From IMG/VR virus record IMGVR_UViG_3300050343_000064, positions 771-64,770 of that record: a stretch of 64,000 bases of DNA. One strand, given 5' to 3'. A model generated the notes under the pieces. The model searched no databases. It saw nothing but the letters and a program-made list of their open reading frames with translations, and was not told the origin of the DNA. Source of the stretch: a virus. Lineage: Duplodnaviria; Caudoviricetes. The position numbers were made by a program, and so were the translations under genes. Position 1 is the stretch's first letter. Every line of letters starts with the position of its first letter. Positions 12,692 through 24,850 of this stretch are shown piece after piece.

Positions 12692-14636
12692 TATCTACGT
12701 CCATCTGGTTGTACATCTATTCTTAAAGTTCCAAAACGCCAAGACTCACTAACATCAGTGTTTTCTATCTTAATGTTAACAAATCTTCCTCTGGCCCTAG
12801 TATCCTTTTTATCAGTGCTAGAGTTAATTGTAAAGGGACTTAAAGACGTAACGGTATCTGATTGTTGAGGATAACGTTTAACAGCAAGAGTTACTTTTGC
12901 ATTACCTTGTAAATCTTTAAAGTCTGGTACAAATCTTCTCATAGCTAAAAATACTTCACCTGAGATAGTTGGACCACTTGATTTACCTTGTGCATCTTTT
13001 TGTTTAGCTTGTAGATCAAAGTCAAATGATTTTATAAATGAAGTAACTGTTGTTGTGCTACCATCAGGATTAACTTGATCGGTTCCTACTTCATGTTCAA
13101 ATAAAGTTGTTTGACCTAATCCATCTTCTCCTACAATAACTGGAAAAGTACCAACAGCTGAATCATTAAATTTAGTAGCTGATGGTTTAGGATATACACT
13201 AGCATCAATCCAAGAAGTTCTAGCTTCCGTTCCTATATACCAAACACCACCTTTCATAGGTTCTCCATAATTAAATACAACATATTGATCATTATAATCA
13301 GAACTAGTTGATGGATAATACCAAACAACTTCAGTATATAAATTATTTATACCTGCATAAATTTGTTGTCCTTTAGTTGTATCTGCTTGATCATAAACAT
13401 AATCTTCAACAGAACAAGGTAGAGATTTAACTGTACCGTCAAACATAAAGAAACCATTTGGACTCATCCAAAAGCAGCACCATCTATTTCAATAGCTGCA
13501 TTTTTACCTATCAATCCACAGTTAGTACCCACTTGTTCAAAACCAAATGTAAAAGGTGAACCAATAAATTTCATAGTATACAATGCATTATCTGTCCAAA
13601 CCAAAATTGTTTCTTTAGCTTTTAGTGAACCCATGATCCGTGTTCCGTCTTGCAGTCTTTGTGTACCTGCTGAATTGATTGCTGTTGGTGTATAATCATT
13701 TATATCTTCTTGATCCGAGAATCTTATAAACATGTCATCTTGAGTTGATGTATCTCCAATAGTTGTTTCTGTTCCAAGATGAATTAAGTGACGTGTTGTA
13801 GGTGAAACTAATGTAACTCTTGTTGCTGTTGGATTAGCTGATGTAGAAAAACCAGATGTAGTTGTTGACGCTCTTGTTGTTAATCTTGCAGCAATACCTG
13901 CATCCCAAGTAAACGTTTTTCCATTTGCAATTGTTGCAACTAATACTTGACCAAAATTACTTAATGACCATAATCCCGGTTCAAGAGAAACATCAGATGC
14001 TGAAGCAGCTTCTCCCCAATTACCACTACCCCATGAATCAATACCCCAACCATAACCATAAGATTGTTCTGCAGGACCAACTTGTTCATAAGGTTTAACT
14101 TCTAAACTACCACCTGTTGAAACTGTTGCTGTTGCATTAGAACTTTGTGTAATTGTAAACACACTTGAACTTGTAATACTTGTTACTTGAAATAATTTAT
14201 CTTCAAAATCTGAATTAGAATAACCAGTACCTACTGGTAAAGTTACATTATCTAATAATATAATATCACCTGCACTTAAACTGTGACTTGCTTTTGTTAT
14301 AGAACAAACAGCAGAGTTATTAACTGTTGCAATGGTGCAAGAAGATAACGTAGTTTTTAAAGGTGTAATATCATAGAGTTGACCTTCAAAATAAATAATT
14401 AAAAATTTATCTGTGCCAATTGCAATGTATCTATTTCCATCTAAGTCTACAAATGCAAACTGACGTCTTGCAACACCTGCTATTGTATCTGTAACTAATG
14501 ATGACCAACCACCTACTTTCTCTGGTAGTCCATATCTAAATCTTGTGTTATCACAATCAACCCATCTGTTTTCTGCACCAGATGTGGTGTCTTGTTTATC
14601 TATTCCTGGTAGGACTTTAAAATCAATTAGAGCCAT
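12691..14636 (-). CDS. Tail tubular B / DNA-stabilisation (nozzle)-like protein, split by an indel at ~13465
   Basis: RFRYGLPEKVGGW, IRFSDQED, EVVWYYPS, RARGR...WRFG...PDGRR. Confidence 0.8.
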
Positions 14637-14647
14637 GGTCCGTGCTC

Positions 14648-15367
14648 CTATATGTTATCTTTATAAATCCAGCCTCTAGTTGCATTAACATACACTAAAG
14701 TAAATGCAGCACCATTAGCCGAAACTACTAAATCTGAAGCACTACCTAAAATATTAGAACTGTTTCTACCGATTGTTAAATTGTTAGATGCAAAGTTATT
14801 ACCTGAATCTATAAAATGTACTTCATTACCTATTGCAGGAGATGCGGGTAAGTTTATTGTAATTGCAGTACCAATACCACTTCCAGAAGTATTGATTAAT
14901 ACTTGATCACCATTAACTGTAGTGTAAGTAGCAGAAGGTGTGTAGTATCCTTTTGTCTGTAATTTTCCTGTAATGTTTGTTCCATCAGAATATAAAACTG
15001 TTGTTGATCCAACAGGTAATGCAAGACCTGTTCCTGAAACTGTTTTAACTGTAAGTGTATAATTAGAAGCTGATCTTGCTGTTGCATCTTCTACTATAAA
15101 AACTCTTTCAGCACCGTCAGGCATTGTAACTGTTCTATTAGCAGTTAATGTTCCTGTTAGTTTGTAGTATAAATTTTTACCATTTGCTGTTGCATGAGTT
15201 GCTAAAGATAAAGCAACATCTCCTGAACCCACTGCAAGTGATAAATAACCACTAGCTGCTTGTTCTAAAATTTGTAAGTTTGTATTAGTAATTGTACCCC
15301 AGGTTCCTGATTTTTCCCCTGTAGTTATTAGTTCTAGTTTTAAATCTGTTGATGTACTTGATGCCAT
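14648..15367 (-). CDS. Tail fibre/base protein
   Basis: LELITTGEKSGTWGTITNTNL N-terminus; TINLPASP..FID..NNLTIGRN..LVYVNATRGW domain also present in the fibre paralogues. Confidence 0.7.
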   Translation of the reverse strand: MASSTSTDLKLELITTGEKSGTWGTITNTNLQILEQAASGYLSLAVGSGDVALSLATHATANGKNLYYKLTGTLTANRTVTMPDGAERVFIVEDATARSASNYTLTVKTVSGTGLALPVGSTTVLYSDGTNITGKLQTKGYYTPSATYTTVNGDQVLINTSGSGIGTAITINLPASPAIGNEVHFIDSGNNFASNNLTIGRNSSNILGSASDLVVSANGAAFTLVYVNATRGWIYKDNI

Positions 15368-15374
15368 ATTTCTC

Positions 15375-15692
15375 CTACGGATTATCTGGGTCTATTGGGA
15401 CCCAAACTTGATTTACTCCTGGTGGTATTGGGTTCCATGATATCACACTTACAGGGTTAGTTGCAAGGTTTATTTGATTACCAGATAAAACTACTGTTTG
15501 ACCTATTTTAATAACTACATTACCTGTAGATAAATTTACTCTTTGTCCTGTAGGTAAAACAACTGATTTACCTTCAATAACTACATTACCTACTGAAAAG
15601 TTTAATCTTTGTCCACTTACAGTTACAAATATACTAACTCCGCCTGGATCGGCAAATGGTGCTCCGGCAAATGTGCTTCCTCCAAAATACAT
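15375..15692 (-). CDS. Tail structural protein with V(T/S)G repeats
   Basis: MYFGGSTFAGAPFA start; repeated xGQRxNxSxGNV; W-rich end. Confidence 0.6.
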   Translation of the reverse strand: MYFGGSTFAGAPFADPGGVSIFVTVSGQRLNFSVGNVVIEGKSVVLPTGQRVNLSTGNVVIKIGQTVVLSGNQINLATNPVSVISWNPIPPGVNQVWVPIDPDNP

Positions 15693-16085
15693 TACGGTGT
15701 TTGTATCCTTGTCCAAATTTGTGAAACGCCTGGTACTACACCATCCCACTGTTTAATATTAATAGAAGTTGGTACTGCTATTTCTAATCCTACACCAGTT
15801 GTAATTACATTTGCTTTAGCTTGAATAGTAACTGTACCTGTAGATAAATTTTGTCTATTTCCTGTAACAATAGCTGTTGCGTTTGCTTTAGTTGTAGCAT
15901 TTCCAATTGCTATTTCTACTGCACTTCCTGTAATAGATACATTTGCTTTTGCAACAACTGATACGTCACCTGTATCTAAATCAACTCTTGATCCTGTAGG
16001 TAATACAGTTGCAGCTGCAGTTGTTGAAACAGTTCCTGTAGATAATTCTACTCCTGATCCTGTAACACTGTATCTAAATGTAAAT
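15692..16085 (-). CDS. Paralogous repeat-rich tail protein; 5' end missing (deletion)
   Basis: Repeated VTGSGVELSTGTV/ITGSAVEIAIGNA units, ending WDGVVPGVSQIWTRIQTP; no start codon before the 16100 hairpin. Confidence 0.55.
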
Positions 16086-16100
16086 GTAAAATCCTTAAAA

Positions 16101-16134
16101 GGAGACAGGGGGTATGTGGTGGTGCCCTGCCTCC
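16101..16134 (-). terminator. Hairpin after the oxygenase cluster
   Basis: ggagacaggg...ccctgcctcc inverted repeat; minus strand continues TTTT. Confidence 0.5.
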
Positions 16135-16148
16135 ATCTAAAGATTATA

Positions 16149-16771
16149 TCATCGTTTAAACCAAGAAGGAAGACCTAAATGTGGACGCTTGTCAAACATA
16201 TTATCTTTCGCTCCTGGTGTTTTACGGTTGTTATAATGAAGAAATACTTGAACGCATTCCTTACCTTTAAATTTATTTCTCCAATGTTCTAGCTCACAGC
16301 CAGAATAAACTAGCATATCTCCTTGTTTAAGATCTACTTTAATTCCTTTTTTACCTACTTCTCCAGATGGCTCTAAATATATTGGCCAATCATCACCAGC
16401 AAGATTCATAGTAGTAGATATCTCACAACTAAATCTATCTTTGTGTCTTTTTAATTCATCACCTTTTTTATAAATTCTTGCATAAGTATAAGCTGGATAT
16501 AATTTTAATCCTGTTACTTCTTCCATTTTAGGTTGGCATTTTAACATTAAAGTTTCCATAGCTATATTAGAATACTGACTATAAGTTTCTGGTATTTGTT
16601 CATCTTTACCTTCATAATGACCTATAATATTTTCAAAGGGTGAAATGTATCTAGCGTAGCTCTACAAGTATCATAAACTTGTTTTTGCATCATAAAATAA
16701 TTTGCAACAAAAGCTGCTAGGTCTTTTGATATTGCTTGACGAATAACTGTATACTTTTTCTTTTTAAACAT
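16149..16771 (-). CDS. 2OG-Fe(II) oxygenase superfamily protein (frameshifted N-terminus)
   Basis: YARIY..LKRHKDR (HxD), LEHWR, QVFLHY. Confidence 0.85.
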
Positions 16772-17403
16772 CTTTAGCCATTTCTTTTGGCACAGCTTGT
16801 ATGTTCCAATGTATAAATCTAAAAGGCTCTATACCAAAATCTACACTAAACTCGTGTTCTAAAAATCCTGGAAAGATAATTAATGTACCTGGTGTAGGTT
16901 TAAAATGTATAAGCTCACTACCACCCCATACACCTTTTTGATCTGGTTTCATTTTTAATTTTGTAGCACGTGCACCTGTTCTTGGTTCGTGAAATACAGG
17001 ATAAGATGTTTTATCACTACACTTTAAAAAGTAAAAACCTGATACGTGTTGATTCCAATGTACGTGTGCTGAATGATGACCACCACCTTTTTTAGCAAAC
17101 TCTTGTACCCACATCTCACTAAACATAGTTGTGTATTGTTGCATATCAAAACCTTGATGATCTAAATACTCCCAAGACTTTTGACCAATGTAATTTCTAA
17201 AATCTAAAAAGTCATTGTCAGCTGTAAGTGGTGTTGAGTGATATGATCTTCCAAAGTCACCAAACTTCTTTATATGTGCTTTAGCTCTCTTGAAAATTTC
17301 TTGCATCTTTAATATATTTATTAGATGCTTTGTTTAATGATTTTACAAACTCTGGTTTTTGTTCTGACCAAATAGTTGTGTTAAAGTAATTATTTATATA
17401 CAT
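16764..17403 (-). CDS. Putative 2OG-Fe(II) oxygenase, TIGR02466-like
   Basis: HSAHVHWNQHVSGFYFL, FHEPR, IFPGFLEHEF. Confidence 0.85.
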
Positions 17404-17404
17404 A

Positions 17405-18033
17405 TTATTTAAAAGGTTTTCCTAAATGCCAAACAACAAGACTATATCTTGTGCCTGCGGTTACGGGTTTAACTCTATGCCATACAAAAGAAGGAAACAC
17501 AATAATAGATCCTTTAGGTAAAATCTCTTTTGCTCTTCTTAAATGTTGACTTTCATCTCTCATATGTGGATCGTAGTTTCTAAAATCAAATTCTAATTCA
17601 CCACCTGTGTATTCTGAACCATCTGTTAATTGACAAGTCATAGATAGTTTTCGAATTCTTACCATTGTCAGGATCTTTTTTTCATAAGGTTTATCCCAAC
17701 CATCACAATGCCAATCATAATATTGGTTGTGTTTATATTTTGTAAACTGACAAGATTCTGATCTTCCCAATCAAAGTTCCAACCAGCTTGTCTATTTGCT
17801 TCGTGAACGTATGGGTGTAATTCTTTATATATCCAAGTATCATTTAACCAAACTAAATCAGAGTTTCTTTTTCTTTTTAAATCTTTAACTTCTTCTTTTT
17901 TTAATTTTCTATCTCCATAACCACCAGTTCTAGCCATTACTTCTTCTTGTGAATTAGCATAAGCTATTACATCATCACAAAACTTTGGTGTAAGTACTGC
18001 ACTAAAATACCAATAGTAATTAGATATATTCAT
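17405..18033 (-). CDS. Prolyl-4-hydroxylase/PKHD-type 2OG-Fe(II) oxygenase (split by indels)
   Basis: QFTKY..YYDWHCD, RKLS, YTGGELEF, FPSFVWHRVKPVTAGTRYSLVVW. Confidence 0.88.
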
Positions 18034-18522
18034 AAGTTATTGTTTGTACAAAGTTTAATGAATCTTTTTGATTGTTAGTTAGGTAATACATATTAGTTGA
18101 TGGAAACATAATAAACATATTATTTTTAAGTTCTATATCCCAACTTCTTCCTTTACGTCTGTTATCTTCAAAGTGTATTCGAACATTACAATCTTTGACT
18201 TTTACACCATATAATAATGTAAAGTCTGGAGAGTTACGTAGATCCACTGGATCAATATTTAATAAAGGAATAGTTGTTTCCGCAGGTTTATAGATATTTC
18301 CCCACGTTTCTTTGTTAACTAAATTAACACCATATTCAAGACCAATGTGATCTCGCATATATGTATTTAACATATCCCAAGTTCTTGAGAATGGAAAATC
18401 TTTGTTTTGAATTACTGATTGTAAAATATCGCCTGATAATTTATCTCGGTCAATGTCCCAATCTTTAGGCATTCTACATCACCATAATATAATGCTTGTT
18501 CTGTTAATACTTTCTTCTGCAT
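18020..18522 (-). CDS. TIGR02466-like oxygenase-fold protein lacking His ligands
   Basis: WGNIYKP...FTLLYGV...FIMFPS..YY pattern parallels 16764-17403, but no HxH or distal H. Confidence 0.6.
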
Positions 18523-18540
18523 ACCACCACCATTTTTAAT

Positions 18541-18993
18541 TTATGCTTTTGAGTCTGTCAAGTCCCAAGTTGTATTAGCTTCATTCCAGACGTAACTCCA
18601 TCTGAATGAGTATCAGCTGTATTTTGTGAATTCTTGTTCAGCTGTTAATGCTGGAGCATCACCGATTGGTGATTTCCAAGAAGCTGATTCATTATGTTTT
18701 ACCCAAGATGCATAAGGTTTTTTAGGCCAAAAGATTTGATCATCTTCGTCCCAAGTATAACCTATACCTGCGTAGTTTCCTCTAAAAGGTGTACCACCAT
18801 CTTTATGTGTACCACCAGATGTATTGTAAGATGTTTGAATCCACATTTGTGCAGGCCAATTATTATGTGTTTCTAAATATTGTTGTCCTACTGTTTCATC
18901 TTCAACGCCATCAGCGTTTAACATATCACCATTATTCAAAGTTAATACTTGAATAACTTTACTGTTTGATCCTAGTTTTGCAAAATGTGCCAT
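18541..18993 (-). CDS. Fibre-associated protein (possible tail-fibre assembly factor)
   Basis: MAHFAKL, WIQTSYN, FRGNYAGIGYTWD, PKKPYASW; this family typically follows Gly-rich fibre genes. Confidence 0.65.
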
Positions 18994-19031
18994 AATTTTC
19001 TCCTTATATATTATTTTTAATTATCATTCAA

Positions 19032-20322
19032 CTATTGAAATTTGTATCTTATTATTACTATTCCTGAACCACCACCGGTTCCACCTGCTGCACCACCAGC
19101 TGGGTTTGGAACACAACCACCTGATCCACCACCACCACCACCTGCTCTTGGTTGGTGTTCCATTAATATTGAACTTGTTGCTCCTGCTCCACCACTCCTG
19201 CTTTAGTACAGGCGTAGTTGATACATTATCTGCCACCTTGCAGCAGTTGCTCCACCACCACCACCTGACCAGAAGCAGGAGCTACTGGTGAATTCCTTGA
19301 ATTCCACCATGGATTTCCTTGAGAAGGACTAACTGGAGGAGTATTTCACTTCCACCTGATCCACCAGGATGCTTCCTCCACCACCTGATCCACCAGGTGC
19401 TCCATTCTGTGAAGGTTGTATTCTCCACCACCTCCACCACCTGCTGCAGTTATTGTTGAAAAAACTGAATTTGGTTTCCATTACCCAGCCTGGAGTAAGA
19501 GTTGAAAATTAGCTCCAGCTGCGGCTGCTCCACCTGCACCTACTGTAATTGGATAACCTGTTGCTGTAACTGGTATTCCTATTAGAACCTGAAGTACAAC
19601 TAATGGGACTTGCTGTATATGTACTGAGGAGTTTTACCTTCTCTATAACCACCACCAGCTCCACCACCAGCTCCAGCATTACTAGAACCAGTTCCACCAC
19701 CTCCACCACCACCTGCTACTACTAAATAATCTACTTATTTGAACCTGCTGCATTACCTGCATTGAACAAACTGTAAAAGTTCCTGGTCCTGTAAATGTAT
19801 GAACTTTAAAATTTACCACGAAGTTGTTATTGTTCCACCTGTTGCTGTAATAAATGTAGGTTGTTGGTGCTTCTGATTGTAAACCTGAATCTGTTACTAA
19901 CCAACCTTGTGTTGAATCTATAAAAACTAATGTAACTGCAATACCTTCTGTTGATAAAATTGCATTATCTAGTTGAACCACCAATTTTATCTGAACCATT
20001 TCTGAACTAATGTTAATTATTTGTATCAAAAGTTTTGCATAATCTTTAATTGCAACAACTGCTCCAGCAGTTCCTGCTGGAAGATTAACTGATACAGCTC
20101 CACCTGTTGTATTTACAAAATATCCTTCACCAGCAACTGCTGTAAAATCTGATGTTTTAACTGTTGTTTCCAAGACAGCTGAACCTGTTGCACCAAAACC
20201 TGATGCAGTACCTTGGTTTGTTAATTGTTGCACCACAGGAATTGTGAATGTATCTCCACTATCTCCTAAGTTGTACCACAATTTGTTCTTGGACTAATTT
20301 TATTTACTTTTACTTCACTCAT
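19032..20322 (-). CDS. Gly-rich fibre/receptor-binding paralogue 3 (indel-broken)
   Basis: MSEVKVNKISPR start; FTAVAGEGYFVNTT; VHTFTGPGTFTV; ends GGSGIVIIRYKFQ. Confidence 0.75.
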
Positions 20323-20329
20323 AATTTAC

Positions 20330-21296
20330 CTATTGAAATTTATACCTTATTATTACTATACCAGAGCCGCCAACCACACATTATAGAACGTGCTCCACCA
20401 CCTGAACCACCGGGTCCACCATTTGTAGGTGAACTACCAGCACCAAAACCCCCCACCTGCTGATGTTATTGTTGAAAAAATTGAATTAGATCCATTAGTA
20501 TTTCCACCAACGCTTCCTCCTCCTCCAACTGTAATTGGATAAGCTGTTGCTGTAACTGTTATAGGACCTGCACCTTCTAATGGACTAGATGTGTAAGGTG
20601 TACTGGAGATTTATCTTCTCTAAAACCACCTGCTCCACCACCTCCACCAGTATAATCAGTCCACCACCGCCTCCACCACCAGCAACTACCATATAAGAAA
20701 CTTGATTATTTGCAGCACAAGTAGCAATTTGTGATAACTGTAAAAGTTCCTGGTCCTGTAAATGTATGAATTTTACAATTACCTGAAGTAGTTATTGTTC
20801 CACCTGTTGCTACAATAAAAGGATATTCCTGTAACATTTGATGTTGCATCTTGAACGTTTTTCCAACCTTCAGTATCATCTACATAAACAAAAGTTACTG
20901 ATTGACCTTCTGTGTTTAAAGCAACAGTTGCTGCAACTCCACCTATTTTTTCTGAACCATTAGGTGAAACTGTTAAATTATTTGTTTGAAAAGTTTTGTG
21001 TAATCTACAACAGAAACAATTGCTCCTGCTGATCCTGCTGGTAAATTCACTGTAACAGCACCACCTGTTGTATTAACAAAATAACCTTCACCATTTGCTG
21101 CTGTAAATGTAGCTGTTTTAATTGATCCTGTTTGCCAATCTACTGTTCCTGTTCTACCAAAACCTGATTGTGATGCACCTGATGCAAGAGTAACGGTATC
21201 GCCACTTGCACCAATAGTAATTGTATTACTATTTTCATTGATAATGTTATTACCGTCTTGATCCTGAATATTGTCTACTTTAATTGTACTTGTCAT
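20330..21296 (-). CDS. Gly-rich fibre paralogue 2 (shortened)
   Basis: MTSTIKVDNIQ start; GFGRTGTVDWQT; IHTFTGPGTFTV; ends GGSGIVIIRYKFQ. Confidence 0.75.
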
Positions 21297-21298
21297 AA

Positions 21299-22516
21299 TT
21301 ATTGAAATTTATACCTTATTATTACTACACCAGAGCCGCCTGCACCACCATTTCCTAGCCTTCCGCCTCCACCACCGCCAGTGTTTGTTCCACTTGCTCA
21401 TAATTATTGAACGCTTCCACCTCCACCACCAGATCTAGTACCTGTAATTATTCCAGCACCATTACTATACCAGCACCAGCTCCACCACCACCTGAAGCTC
21501 CATAAGCTGGAGCACCAGGGTTTCCTGAAGCACCTCCTGGTTGACCTTGAGGTGGACTTACAGGAGGGGTATTACCTGCTTTTGCAGACTCACCGCCTGC
21601 TGCACTACCATTTCCATTACCACCACCAGAACCACCTGTTTTACCAGCTACATTATCGTGAGAACCACCTCCAGCACCGCCAGCTGATGTTACTGTTGAA
21701 AAAGTTGAATTGACACCATTAGATCCTCTAGAAGATGGACTTGAAGTTTGTCCTGCTCCACCGCCACCAACTGCTATTGGATATGCTTGTGCTGTAACTG
21801 TGATATTTGTTGATCCTTCTAATGGAGAAGCGGGAGAATAGGTATCTACACCTGATTTAGATTCTCTAAAACCACCTGCTCCACCACCGCCACCGCCTTT
21901 ACCACCACCGCCACCACCAGCTACTACTATATAACTTACTTCATTACTAGCTGCTGTATCAGATACTTCTGTAACAGTAAAAGTACCAGGTCCTGTAAAT
22001 GTATGAACTTTAAAATCACCACAAGTTCCGTTATTGTACCACCTGTTGCAGTTACAAATGTTGCAATAGGTTCTTTATCAGCTTCTCTTCCAGCGAATTT
22101 GAACTACTACCCAACCTTTTGTTGCATCTACATAAACAAAAGTTCATTGCAAGACCAGCACTTGATTAACCAAATCAGAAGCGTCTCCTTGAATATTAGA
22201 ACCATTTCTACCAATTGTAATATTATTTTTTGCTGAATTTTGTTATAATCTGAACAGCTACGATATCACCTGCAGATGGTGAGGCAGGTAGTGTTACTGT
22301 AACTGCTCCTGACCTGTTGTATTTACAAAATAACCTTCTCCACTTACAGCTGTAAAATCTGCTGTTTTGATTGATGTCTGCCAATCAACAGAACCTGTTC
22401 TACCAAAACCTGATTGAGTAGCGCCACTAGCTAAAGTTACAGCTGTACCTGATCCACCTAACTGTTAAAGTTGAACCACTTTGTTTATCTATTGCATCTA
22501 CTTCTATTTTACTCAT
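21299..22516 (-). CDS. Gly-rich fibre paralogue 1 (indel-broken)
   Basis: MSKIEVDAIDKQ start; GFGRTGSVDWQT; VHTFTGPGTFTV; ends GGSGVVIIRYKFQ. Confidence 0.75.
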
Positions 22517-22971
22517 TAAACTACTACTACCGTTCCTGTTATTGTTTGTGTACCAGTTACTGTAACTGGTCCTGCTAATACTCCTGAAGCAACTGTTTGA
22601 GTTTCGTCAAGTGTTGTTGCATGTGTTACAACATAACCTGTAGCTGTCATAGATGGTGACATAGCTCTCTTCGCTGGTAGTGTACAAAAAACATTTTTAG
22701 TACCTGCAGAAAAGTTTACTGCACTATCAGAATTTGATGATGAGATAATTGTTGTTCTTGATAAAGTATCAGGTGAAGCATCAGTTACTGTACCAATACC
22801 TACCTCAAACTCACCAGCTGAATTTAATTCAATTGCATAGTAAGTTGTATTACCAGTTCCAATTCCTGAAACAAAACTTTCATAACCAGTTTCTGCACCA
22901 GCTAAACTAAAAGTTCCTGTTCCAGTAGTTGTACTTGTTTCTTTAACTCTATCGTTAACTATTAAAGCCAT
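22516..22971 (-). CDS. Tail fibre attachment-type protein
   Basis: DRVKETSTTTGTGT...EVGIGT...LSRTTIISSSN...FSAGTKNVFCTLPA. Confidence 0.7.
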   Translation of the reverse strand: MALIVNDRVKETSTTTGTGTFSLAGAETGYESFVSGIGTGNTTYYAIELNSAGEFEVGIGTVTDASPDTLSRTTIISSSNSDSAVNFSAGTKNVFCTLPAKRAMSPSMTATGYVVTHATTLDETQTVASGVLAGPVTVTGTQTITGTVVVV

Positions 22972-22989
22972 TACTACTCCAAAATTTTA

Positions 22990-23421
22990 TTACGCGTCGC
23001 CAAGTCTAATGATTGCACTAGATGAGTTAGCAGTTGGAAACTGAACAACGAAATCACCGTTAGTTGCAGTTTTTGTTCCGCCAAAGTCTAAAACTAATAC
23101 AGCTTCATTACTTGTACCTTTATAAATCAGTGCTCCTACTGCTGATAACGTTACAGAACTAAAAGTAGAATCTGCAAAGTCAACGAATGCAATGTTACTT
23201 GATACTGCTACACCGTTGTTAGTTAAAGTATTTCCGCCTGCAGTATAGTTTGTTCCAGATGAAGAAACTTCATTGGAAGTTGTATAAGCAGTTGTTGAAG
23301 TACTAAAACCACCTATAGATGTATAAAGCGCTAGTTTAAAAGTTGATCCACCAGATGAATCAAAATCAAACACGCCACCAAGTAGGTCTGTTTTAAAAGA
23401 GTCAGGTACTATATTTGCCAT
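22990..23421 (-). CDS. Tail structural protein
   Basis: FKLALYT, YTAGGNTL, GALIY, VLDFGGTKT. Confidence 0.75.
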   Translation of the reverse strand: MANIVPDSFKTDLLGGVFDFDSSGGSTFKLALYTSIGGFSTSTTAYTTSNEVSSSGTNYTAGGNTLTNNGVAVSSNIAFVDFADSTFSSVTLSAVGALIYKGTSNEAVLVLDFGGTKTATNGDFVVQFPTANSSSAIIRLGDA

Positions 23422-23443
23422 TTAATTGTCTCCTTAATTTATT

Positions 23444-24117
23444 TTATGGTGATGGTGATTTAAGAGGAGTACGAATAACTCCATCTTGATATTCGTCTCG
23501 GCGTCTACGACCTTGTTGTTCGATCGCGTACGATTGTAAAGCTCTTTTAAAAGATCCTTCGTAGTATTGTAACATATCTGCAGGACCTTTCAAGTATCCA
23601 TATGCTTCTACCAGACATCCATACAAAAGTAAATCCTGATATTTATTACTTGTATAAGTTCCTTGTGTACTTCCCGGTGAAGCTGTTATTGAATCTGGTT
23701 GCTTTGTATAAGCTAAAGTAATTAAATTAGTGCTATTTGGCGTAGGTGCTACTACCCAATAATTAGCATCCCAATTAGCATAATATTTTGGTAATCCAGA
23801 CGCTGTTCCTGGAGTATCATAAAAAGTTGCCATATAACTGAAGTATCTTTTTTTTCTAAAAAAGTTTGATCACCATTTGAATCTGTTAATTGTACATATC
23901 TAATAAATCTTAAATCAGATGGAATAGTTACATATCTACTACCAGATGCTAAGTTTGAAGTTGCATAAAATCTATTATCATCAGAATCTGCATCTCTATA
24001 AATTCTATTTTCAGCGTTTTTAATAATTGTTGTTAGAATAGTATTGGATAATACAGAGTCATCAACTTCTGTATAGTTTCTAATATCATCTTGTAAATTT
24101 GCTAAAGTGTAAGCCAT
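23444..24117 (-). CDS. Head-tail adaptor / tubular protein A-like (split by indel)
   Basis: IKNAENRI, GLPKYYA, APTP, LLLYGCLVEAYGYLKG. Confidence 0.75.
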
Positions 24118-24247
24118 TACTTTGATTCTCCATATTTTCTACGTATCTTATCTTTTTTATCTGTTCTAGTTTCTTCATACATCTCAAGATGAGGATCTTG
24201 TCTCTCACATTTAAACATATTTTTAATAAAATTAATAATTTTTTTTA

Positions 24248-24850
24248 TCATGCTGATATTGTTATAGGTCCAACGGAACAACCGTAGCCTCCTCCTTTGA
24301 TATTTCCTGTTGTAGCAGTATCCGCATTAACTGTAAAGAAGAAGAAATTAGATAAAGCATAGTCTGTTGTAACTCTTGCACCATTATCAAAAAGTCCTGT
24401 TGTTATAGCATATCCGGATCCTTGTCCTATTTGTACTCCTGTAATACCATCAAAGTTTTGAATAGTTGCATAAGCAAATACAGGATTAGTTGAAGTACCT
24501 GTTCCAGGTGAAATTGTTGGTGCACCTCTAAATAAATATGTTGTACCATTTGTTAAACCATGTCCGGGAACGTTTACATTAATAATTCCTGATCCTGCTT
24601 GATATGTTTCAAAACCATTTTCCGGTATCATTACAGTTGTAATTGGTTCTGTTCTATCTGGTCTTACTTGTAATAAAGCAATACCATCACCACCAATTGC
24701 TTTTGGTTGAAGTTGTGGTTGTTTAGGTTCAAACTCTGTGTAATGAACAAACGAACCATTCCATTCTCTAACCATTTCTTTGTATGGAAATTCCATACCT
24801 GATCTATCAGAAATTGCTTTTGAATGTTTTCCTGTTGCGTATTTAGACAT
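24248..24850 (-). CDS. Virion/tail-associated protein
   Basis: ISDRSGMEFPYKEMVREWNG..EPKQPQL conserved N-terminus. Confidence 0.65.
   Translation of the reverse strand: MSKYATGKHSKAISDRSGMEFPYKEMVREWNGSFVHYTEFEPKQPQLQPKAIGGDGIALLQVRPDRTEPITTVMIPENGFETYQAGSGIINVNVPGHGLTNGTTYLFRGAPTISPGTGTSTNPVFAYATIQNFDGITGVQIGQGSGYAITTGLFDNGARVTTDYALSNFFFFTVNADTATTGNIKGGGYGCSVGPITISA

Noticed and set aside
19032-22516. Diversity-generating retroelement TR/VR pairs
   Set aside because: No reverse transcriptase; differences between paralogues are not adenine-specific
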